Part shown: in pieces, positions 8,539-14,519 of the stretch | Layout: every line of letters begins with the position of its first letter | Numbering within the stretch: position 1 is the stretch's first letter | Source of the DNA: an uncultured Bacteriovoracaceae bacterium | Lineage (GTDB): Bacteria > Bdellovibrionota > Bacteriovoracia > Bacteriovoracales > Bacteriovoracaceae | DNA: 14,520 bases | Direction: 5' to 3' | Assembly (NCBI GenBank): GCA_964012805.1 | Contig: CAXGUD010000070.1 | Span: forward strand, 1-14,520 | Notes under the pieces: model-generated | What the model saw: only the letters and a program-made list of their open reading frames with translations | Told to the model about the DNA's origin: nothing | Database searches by the model: none | Made by a program: the position numbers and the translations under genes

Positions 8539-9907
8539 TCTTTTTTCCTCTACTCAAATTGAGAAAGCCTTGTGGAAAAAACTGATTTTTTGGATCTAGG
8601 TTTTCTTTAAGGTAACGGTACATTTCTAGCTGAACCTTTGTTAAAAAAGGAGCAATAAAGTCTTGCTTTAAAAGGCCTATTCCGTGCTCAGCAAAAGGCG
8701 AACCATGGATGGACTTTATTTTTTTATAAAACTCCGTAAGGAGGTTTTGGCATTTTTCTTCCTCTTCGGCCAGAGGTAAAAAGTTAAAATGGAGATGTCC
8801 ATCCCCAAAATGGCCAAAAAGATTATATGAAATGCCTTTTGTGGAAAAATCACGATAATAACTGATAAGAGTTTCAAAGGATTCCTTTGGAACCTGGACA
8901 TCTGTCCCTTTTTTCTTCACTCCCCGCCTTTGATTGACTTCCGAAATAAACCTTGGAATCAGCATCCTCAGGTGGTGGCATTTATCCCCATTCATTTCAA
9001 ATATATTATCATCCGGAGTAAGTGTTAGAGTGGGGATTAAGTTTTCGATAATAAGGTCAAAACTTGAAAGTTTAACCTCTAGAAAGATGACATCGTAACC
9101 AGCAGGTAAAGGCTTTTCCTCATCTGGAAGATAGGAAAGACAATTGTGGTCTAAAAGTTCAACAGAAATAAGGTGATCTCTAAAGTTTTGGGCATTATAA
9201 AAAATTTCCAAATGAGGTTTAACGTCTTCTTCCCATTTTGGGAGTTTTATAAAGAGGAAGCGAGTTGTTTCATCTTTAATTGTTTCAAAATGGGCCCTCG
9301 TCACAACCCCTAGTTGACCTTCCATTCCTACCATCAGGTCTGTTTCCTTTTCAAGCCTGGGAAAGGGAGCATTTTTAAAACCATCATATTTTTTATAACT
9401 GTCTTGATAGGCTTCAAGGATCTTTTTTCCTTCTTCAGATTGGAAAAGGGGATGATTAATCAAAAGGTTTTTTGAATAAAGAGTCTGTTCTTTACCCTCA
9501 AAATTAAGGTATTCAATTTCTGTCACATGCTCCCTTAAGGAACCAAATCCAAAGGACCTTTCACCAGAAGCTGAAGTCGCAATTCCCGCTAACATACAGG
9601 CCAGTTCTTCAGTGGGAGAAACCATGATATTTCTGCCGTGGCTCAAACAAAAGCCTCTTGCATCCTTCCAGGTTACTGGGCCTTCTATTTCTAAAGCACC
9701 TTCACGAGCAAAGTCCATTTTTTGGGGCAGCGCGTTTAAATCTCCCATGTAGAGGTGTTCAAAGCCCTTTCCCTTGAGTGCTTTTCCAAGGTTGGGGTAA
9801 GGAATGACTGTCGACGTGCCAGAGGCGTAAAAGAGGGTTTCGGCATGTGATTTAAGGTGTTTCTTTAAATCCTCTTTCTTCCTAAAGGCTTTTAATTGGA
9901 TCTTCAT
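8531..9907 (-). CDS. FAD-binding oxidoreductase, GlcD/D-2-hydroxyacid dehydrogenase-like (VAO/PCMH family)
   Basis: GMEGQLGVVT, GHFGDGHLH, AEHGIG and LDPKNQFFP motifs; 8-nt overlap with rsgA (ATGATTAA). Confidence 0.88.
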   Translation of the reverse strand: MKIQLKAFRKKEDLKKHLKSHAETLFYASGTSTVIPYPNLGKALKGKGFEHLYMGDLNALPQKMDFAREGALEIEGPVTWKDARGFCLSHGRNIMVSPTEELACMLAGIATSASGERSFGFGSLREHVTEIEYLNFEGKEQTLYSKNLLINHPLFQSEEGKKILEAYQDSYKKYDGFKNAPFPRLEKETDLMVGMEGQLGVVTRAHFETIKDETTRFLFIKLPKWEEDVKPHLEIFYNAQNFRDHLISVELLDHNCLSYLPDEEKPLPAGYDVIFLEVKLSSFDLIIENLIPTLTLTPDDNIFEMNGDKCHHLRMLIPRFISEVNQRRGVKKKGTDVQVPKESFETLISYYRDFSTKGISYNLFGHFGDGHLHFNFLPLAEEEEKCQNLLTEFYKKIKSIHGSPFAEHGIGLLKQDFIAPFLTKVQLEMYRYLKENLDPKNQFFPQGFLNLSRGKKND

Positions 9908-9918
9908 GGTTTTATACT

Positions 9919-9947
9919 AATCTATTTTGGCGTGGAAGGACAGTCTA
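9919..9947 (-). promoter_or_regulatory. Possible sigma70 promoter of the oxidoreductase-rsgA operon
   Basis: TAGACT-N17-TAGATT ending 11 nt before the ATG. Confidence 0.35.
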
Positions 9948-9963
9948 AGAGGGACTTTAATCC

Positions 9964-9992
9964 TTGACATGTAAGCCCCTCTCCCTTAAATT
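9964..9992 (+). promoter_or_regulatory. Sigma70 promoter of tRNA-Arg
   Basis: TTGACA (9964-9969), 17-nt spacer, TAAATT (9987-9992), then a GC-rich discriminator (ACCGCC). Confidence 0.75.
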
Positions 9993-10033
9993 ACCGCCTA
10001 CCGAGGGGCCATTTTAGGCTCACAAATATCGAT

Positions 10034-10110
10034 GCAGTCGTAGCTCAGCTGGATAGAGCATCCGCCTTCTAAGCGGACGGTCGCAGGTTCGAATCCTGCC
10101 GACTGTGCCA
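10034..10110 (+). tRNA. tRNA-Arg(TCT)
   Basis: Full cloverleaf: acceptor GCAGTCG/CGACTGT, D-arm GCTC/GAGC with A20, anticodon arm TCCGC-CTTCTAA-GCGGA (TCT at 10068-10070), T-arm GCAGG-TTCGAAT-CCTGC, encoded CCA; 77 nt. Confidence 0.98.
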
Positions 10111-10268
10111 TATTCGCACCCCCAATAAATTTTCCAAGTACCTCTAAATTAAACGCTTATTTCCTTTTTTATACCAAAAATTCCCTAAAATTTAAGTTTT
10201 CGCAGTTTCTGCAGGTGTTTTGAAGCTTTTGCTTCATATTAGGGGGGCTGACTTTATTGAGGAAGAAC

Positions 10269-10295
10269 TAAAACCCCTGTTTTTTAGAGGCTTTA
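10269..10295 (-). terminator. Putative intrinsic terminator of the left-arm operon
   Basis: Minus-strand hairpin UAAAGCCUCU-AAAAAAC-AGGGGUUUUA about 10 nt after the stop at 10305. Two G-U pairs form only on the minus strand. Confidence 0.55.
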
Positions 10296-10304
10296 TTATA
10301 GGTA

Positions 10305-10724
10305 TTAAACTTGATTTACAGTAGTTACAAATTTTCTTTTTGTATTAATTCTTTTGTAATTATGTATTCTTTCGTAATAGCCGTGACCTTTAGTTTCCAT
10401 GAAAACAATAAATGGCAATGCTAATAGAAGCTGCAAGCAAAGAGTCTCCAGGTGGGAAATATCCCACTTAAGGTATTCCACACAGTCACTAACTAAATGG
10501 TAAATAGAGAGACTTATTAATAACTTGGCAAAGCTTTTGTATTCCCAAAGTATGTACGCAAGGAAAAAGCCAGAAAGGAAAACGAAAAAGCCTTCCGGAT
10601 AAAAGCCGAATAACTTCTCTATTCCCTTAGCAAGAATGACTCCTGGTATATGACAGACAAACATCACTGATATACCTAATGCTAATAAGCCTAAATATTT
10701 AAATAAACCTTTTATGTTATTCAT
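10305..10724 (-). CDS. Hypothetical membrane protein (3-4 TM helices, basic C-terminal tail)
   Basis: 139 aa with several hydrophobic segments; GGAGG RBS. Confidence 0.75.
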   Translation of the reverse strand: MNNIKGLFKYLGLLALGISVMFVCHIPGVILAKGIEKLFGFYPEGFFVFLSGFFLAYILWEYKSFAKLLISLSIYHLVSDCVEYLKWDISHLETLCLQLLLALPFIVFMETKGHGYYERIHNYKRINTKRKFVTTVNQV

Positions 10725-10767
10725 TTTAAATATCCTCCGATTTTAATATCAGCAGCAACCTCGTAGC

Positions 10768-11046
10768 CTAATTGCTCACAAGTTCCCTATAAATTAGCCA
10801 TACAAATAAAATTGGAGCAGGCACTGATATCCAAAATAAATCAGGGTATTTATTATAAAAATTAAACATCATATAATTCTTCTTTTCCAAAAGGATTGAT
10901 ATTATACCTAAAACCAAACCTAAAAAAAGAGCGAATTCTTTACTGAATATTGTGACGTCGAAATACTGAAGGGCAACTATTCTAAAACTGAACACAAGAC
11001 TAATCATGGTAATAAAACCCATCAATATGACATAATTTTTTTTCAT
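10768..11046 (-). CDS. 92-aa three-TM membrane protein, paralog A
   Basis: Start re-assigned to ATG 11046 (MKKNY...) because it aligns from residue 1 with 13014..13313 and removes the overlap with the upstream peptide ORF. Confidence 0.8.
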   Translation of the reverse strand: MKKNYVILMGFITMISLVFSFRIVALQYFDVTIFSKEFALFLGLVLGIISILLEKKNYMMFNFYNKYPDLFWISVPAPILFVWLIYRELVSN

Positions 11047-11062
11047 AGTAAGTTTCCAAACA

Positions 11063-11221
11063 TTAAATATCAGCGATATCAAAAGGAATGTCAGGCGTCC
11101 ATATACCTGCAGTTATAGAGCCGCCTCCAGAGCCAACTCCACCACCTCCGTTACCATTCCAGCCGTAGGAGTTTGATACGAAAGAAAGTACAACTAAAGA
11201 AACCATGATTATTTTTTTCAC
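11063..11221 (-). CDS. 52-aa secreted Gly-rich peptide (not in the ORF track)
   Basis: GGAGG RBS then GTG, 2 nt after the regulator stop. Translation MKKIIMVSLVVLSFVSNSYG-WNGNGGGGVGSGGGSITAGIWTPDIPFDIADI. It has a classical Sec signal and fills the intergenic gap. Confidence 0.8.
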   Translation of the reverse strand: MKKIIMVSLVVLSFVSNSYGWNGNGGGGVGSGGGSITAGIWTPDIPFDIADI

Positions 11222-11223
11222 TA

Positions 11224-11961
11224 CTACCTCCCCTCCATGTCATCGGACAGAATCATTGTAAAAATTGGCTCAGTCCGCTCCCCTTTATCTTCTTCCATAA
11301 TACTGGAAACATCCTTCATTGCATTAGTTAAAACCTGAATCACATCTCTTCTTGCTTCACTGGAGACCTTGTTCCATCTCAAGTTGAAGATATTTTTCCC
11401 GTTTTTAAAATTGGATTTTTTTACAAAATTAAAAAAGGTTGGGGCAAACTTCAAACCGTTGTCGATATCGACTTGGTAATTGTCATTCGTATCAACCACA
11501 ATTCCGTTTACTTCAGCAACGACCAACTTCTCTTTTAAATCTTCAAGGGCTTGTAACCCTGCTAAACCAAAGTTCTCTTTAATGAAGTCAACGGTAGTCC
11601 CGTCGTCGTTCTGACTTAATACAAAAACTTTGAAGTGCGTATCACTCACTAAAGCCTTGTTTAAAATTTCATTATCGCTTGTTCTGATTATTTCTTCTTC
11701 GTCCGAAAGAATAAGCCTAAAACTCTTCTCAAGAGACATTCTTATCAGGCTGTTTTTCTGAAGCGAGTTCAAAATCGTCTTAAGACCTCTCTTCTTTGTA
11801 ACGTGCGCTGCGATCTCTAACAGTGCATTTGCAGGGATATTCTTAATCTCACCGAGATAATATCTTCTAGCTGAAGAGTAGTTTATAGTTGTGCCCTCAA
11901 CAAGTTTCTCTAAGGATGTGCTGTCTCTTAATAGCCTTTTAACTTCTTCACAAAGAGTCAT
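11224..11961 (-). CDS. Putative HTH transcriptional regulator (XRE-like HTH, winged-helix-like middle, C-terminal domain; TIGR02147/DUF4423-like layout)
   Basis: N-terminal SLEKLVEGTTINYSSARRYYLGE resembles an XRE/Cro HTH; the middle GTTVDFIKENFG..GLQALEDL...VVAEVNG resembles a wHTH; AAGGAG RBS. Family assignment is by eye. Confidence 0.6.
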   Translation of the reverse strand: MTLCEEVKRLLRDSTSLEKLVEGTTINYSSARRYYLGEIKNIPANALLEIAAHVTKKRGLKTILNSLQKNSLIRMSLEKSFRLILSDEEEIIRTSDNEILNKALVSDTHFKVFVLSQNDDGTTVDFIKENFGLAGLQALEDLKEKLVVAEVNGIVVDTNDNYQVDIDNGLKFAPTFFNFVKKSNFKNGKNIFNLRWNKVSSEARRDVIQVLTNAMKDVSSIMEEDKGERTEPIFTMILSDDMEGR

Positions 11962-12303
11962 TAAATAGCTCCTTTATTTTTGGGAACAAAATTAATATCA
12001 CTTTGTCACCTTTTTTCAATATGGAGAACTTCAGTGTGGAAGAGTTTTCAAAGTGCAAATATAAAATTAGACGAAATTTCAATAACTTACGACAAAAGCT
12101 TTTGATTAGGCTCATTTAGTGTTTTTCACCCTGGAATTTTTATCTAAATCAACAGTATTTAGACCTTGATAAAGACCTATATTTTTCCATTTTGAAAACC
12201 ATACCCCCTTCCATAGAGGAAGTATTTTAAATCGAAACGCAAACCTCAATAGCCACCCCAAAAATATTTTTCTAGCGTTTCCCTCATCAAAAAGGGGGAT
12301 TAT

Positions 12304-12810
12304 ATGAAATTTAAAAATGCTGTTATTTGCTTCTCTTTAACCGTTACTTCTATTGCTTGTGCTTCTTCACCTGACAAAGAAATTATTCAGATGATTGAAC
12401 TTGCTAAGGAAACTAGAGCAATTACCAATTATGAGAGGAATCTAGCTGTTTCAGTTATTAAGAAAAAGAGGAAGTTGGGATTATGTGAATCCAAAAAGCC
12501 TTGTTACAAACCACAGTTTATTACTGATTTAATTTTAGGAAACACCACATTCCATGAAAAAAATCTAATAGATGATTTCCTTGGTGGCTTTTTTGAAGAA
12601 GAAAAAGATTTCATGAAAGATGTGGGCGATAAAGTTAAAGATGTGGGAAGGAAGATTAGGAAAAAGTTTGACGAAAACCAGAGGAAAAGAGCGGAAGGCA
12701 TTGCTGAAAATTACAAGCCCCATACCAGGGAAGCGAAAGAAAGAGAGAGAAAAAAAAGATTAGAAGAACACAACAAACTAATAGAAGCTAAAGTAGGAAC
12801 AGGAGTTTAA
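12304..12810 (+). CDS. Secreted (possibly lipo-) hypothetical protein with a charged helical C-terminus
   Basis: Signal MKFKNAVICFSLTVTSIACA; GGGGGA RBS; internal KDVGxK heptad duplication. Confidence 0.75.
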   Translation: MKFKNAVICFSLTVTSIACASSPDKEIIQMIELAKETRAITNYERNLAVSVIKKKRKLGLCESKKPCYKPQFITDLILGNTTFHEKNLIDDFLGGFFEEEKDFMKDVGDKVKDVGRKIRKKFDENQRKRAEGIAENYKPHTREAKERERKKRLEEHNKLIEAKVGTGV

Positions 12811-12811
12811 T

Positions 12812-12973
12812 TTGTTAAAGGAATTTCTTCCAAACATACTAGCAGTTGAGGCAATTCACGCCATGGGTATAAGTGAAGGAGTCGCTGAATTCATAGCTAT
12901 AGTAATGGCCTCAATTCTCATAGTTTTACTCAAAATGGGATTTGATAAACTATCTAAGATAAAGGGTTCATAA
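12812..12973 (+). CDS. 53-aa single-TM protein (not in the ORF track)
   Basis: AGGAG (12801-12805) 6 nt before TTG, 1 nt after the upstream stop. Translation MLKEFLPNILAVEAIHAMGISEGVAEFIAIVMASILIVLLKMGFDKLSKIKGS. Confidence 0.7.
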   Translation: MLKEFLPNILAVEAIHAMGISEGVAEFIAIVMASILIVLLKMGFDKLSKIKGS

Positions 12974-12989
12974 GGAACCCTTTTCTTAG
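12954..12989 (+). terminator. Hairpin, possible terminator or processing stem
   Basis: AAAGGGTTC-ATAAG-GAACCCTTT perfect 9-bp stem, extended by CTAAGA/TCTTAG across a 1-nt bulge; the stop codon of the 53-aa ORF lies in the loop. Confidence 0.55.
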
Positions 12990-13013
12990 TTTAAGAAAAT
13001 TTGGCGGTTAAAT

Positions 13014-13313
13014 ATGAAAAAGAATTTTAGTATATTTATAATTTTTGTTTCTTGGCTTAATATTTTTTATATAATTACAAAAAAGGCTCTTGAGTATTTT
13101 AATGCCAAAGCATACAGCAATGAGACCGCTCTTTTTTCTGGGTTTGTTTTGGCCATTGCTCTTACCTTGATTGAAAAAAATAGAGACTATGCGTTTAAAA
13201 TTTTTAAAAAGTATCCGATGCTTTTTTGGTTTTTATTGCCTGGTACATTTTTAATTTTATTTTTAGTTTATCAGGATTTTATGGAAGGCTCTTACAGGTA
13301 CATCAATAATTAA
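13014..13313 (+). CDS. 99-aa three-TM membrane protein, paralog B
   Basis: Ungapped alignment to 10768..11046 with shared MKKN, ALxYF, SxExALFxGxVL, LxEK and KYPxLFW. Confidence 0.82.
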   Translation: MKKNFSIFIIFVSWLNIFYIITKKALEYFNAKAYSNETALFSGFVLAIALTLIEKNRDYAFKIFKKYPMLFWFLLPGTFLILFLVYQDFMEGSYRYINN

Positions 13314-13373
13314 TTTTCTATCAAGAGAAAAAAGGATAATAGTTAGACCTCAAATAAACAAACAGGAGAAACT

Positions 13374-13631
13374 AAGAAAAATATTTTTTTATTAGTTTTT
13401 GTATTGTTGTTTTCTAATTAGGTTTTCTCTCGTTTAACAAAAGAAGCTTTGGCAATTGAGGCAAGTAAACTTTATGATTGTAAGTGCATTGGTATAAACC
13501 TTGAATATAGCTAGGAGCGCAAAGTATAACAAGGAATTCATATTAATTGTATAAAGCATTGCGATAAAAAACTAGGTATGCACGCCGAGATGGGGTTAAA
13601 ATTTATGTACCGCCACAGTACTCCGATGTGA
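13374..13631 (+). pseudogene. Decayed gene for a small secreted Cys-containing protein
   Basis: AGGAG RBS (13364-13368), AAG where ATG is expected, then KNIFLLVFVLLFSN*VFSRLTKEALAIEASKLYDCKCIGINLEYS*ERKV*QGIHINCIKHCDKKLGM... in one frame. In-frame stops at 13419, 13512 and 13527. Confidence 0.5.
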
Positions 13632-13702
13632 ATTTTTATTGGTGGTCTAAAGATAAATGGGACAAATTACCTTAATCACGGTTTATAAATAAGGAAAACG
13701 AT

Positions 13703-13867
13703 TTGGTTTCACAAAGATTATTTGTCGTTAAAGCAGTTTCCATTTTGGAAAAGAAAGAGTTTATTATAAAAGCTCTATCCAAAGATCACGCCTTATTTTT
13801 AGTAAAAAAACAAAATGAGTTTTGCAGTTGGCAGAATTTTAGTTTTCAAGTCAAAGCTTTGAAATAA
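13703..13867 (+). CDS. 54-aa hypothetical protein (not in the ORF track)
   Basis: TAAGGA 7 nt before TTG. Translation MVSQRLFVVKAVSILEKKEFIIKALSKDHALFLVKKQNEFCSWQNFSFQVKALK. Confidence 0.5.
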   Translation: MVSQRLFVVKAVSILEKKEFIIKALSKDHALFLVKKQNEFCSWQNFSFQVKALK

Positions 13868-13969
13868 GTATAAACATTATCTAGAAAAGTGAAAAAAAGT
13901 GGCCATTAAGCTAAAATATCCTCTTATTAGTGGTGAGACTTTTATATATGCTTATGGAGGGAGATAAAT

Positions 13970-14221
13970 ATGATTAAAAGCAAAGAGTCAGCCTACAAAT
14001 TATTAAATGAATTTAGGAAAGTTCTTTTTGAAGTTACGTTAGACAAAAGAAGTTATGAGGTTGAAACGGAATACCAATTTGACAAAATAATCGAGTCTTT
14101 GAATAGAAAGGAAATGGAAGACAGATTTCCTCATCCAAAAGAAACCTTAGAAGAAAATCTTCATTATATGAGAGAAATATTTAGGGGTATCAGAATTTAT
14201 TTCATGAAAAGTGGTAAATAA
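13970..14221 (+). CDS. 83-aa hypothetical protein
   Basis: GGAGG RBS and ATG start; charged, helical-looking sequence with no recognisable motif. Confidence 0.65.
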   Translation: MIKSKESAYKLLNEFRKVLFEVTLDKRSYEVETEYQFDKIIESLNRKEMEDRFPHPKETLEENLHYMREIFRGIRIYFMKSGK

Positions 14222-14402
14222 AAAAAGAAGGTCTAAAAATATACACTCAAGAGCTTTAAATTTTAGCTTGTGGAGGGGAGGAGATACTCTAACCTTTGAA
14301 TCGGAAACCTGGATAAAATTAATCATCCTCATTTTCCTAATAAAAAATGGCCTTCAATATTTAAAATAATTTTTTTTAAGTCCCTCAAAGCATAGCATTT
14401 CT

Positions 14403-14519
14403 TTACGGCTGGTCATTTGTTGACTTTCCTCCTAAGTCAAAAATCGTAACATAGGTTTTTTTACCTCCTATTCCAATAATATCATTTAGACCATCTCCAT
14501 TTATATCCCCGACCAGCCT
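14403..14519 (-). CDS. 3' end of an FG-GAP/VCBS repeat protein (partial; gene starts beyond the window)
   Basis: Minus-strand frame reads RLVGDINGDGLNDIIGIGGKKTYVTIFDLGGKSTNDQP*, containing a DxNGDGxxD Ca-binding motif. Confidence 0.85.
   Translation of the reverse strand, partial: RLVGDINGDGLNDIIGIGGKKTYVTIFDLGGKSTNDQP

Noticed and set aside
7784..8901. ORFs 7784..7987, 7997..8245 and 8716..8901
   Set aside because: Shadows or alternate frames of rsgA and the FAD oxidoreductase.
10221..10236. TGAAGC-TTTT-GCTTCA hairpin after the tRNA
   Set aside because: A 6-bp stem without a clear U-tract is too weak to call a terminator.
11047..11082. TTG start at 11082 giving a 104-aa protein
   Set aside because: It overlaps the peptide ORF, and the paralog alignment begins at MKKN (ATG 11046).
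11063..11161. Microcin B17-like or lasso RiPP precursor
   Set aside because: The leader is a Sec signal rather than a RiPP leader, the peptide has no Cys, and no YcaO, lasso cyclase or radical SAM gene is in the window.
12504..12701. 65-aa ORF on - strand
   Set aside because: Antisense shadow of the Lys/Glu-rich secreted protein.
13374..13631. Stop-codon reassignment (TAG as Gln) explaining the interrupted frame
   Set aside because: The frame also has a TAA and lacks a start codon, and neighbouring genes (10768, 11224) end in TAG. Pseudogenisation is simpler.
10305..14221. Filamentous or other prophage
   Set aside because: No Zot/pI ATPase, replication initiator, integrase or structural module is visible; only one coat-like small protein.
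14147..14369. 61-aa minus ORF (14147..14332) and 52-aa plus GTG ORF (14211..14369)
   Set aside because: They overlap each other and the 83-aa gene and show no motif; the plus ORF lacks an SD. I cannot support either.
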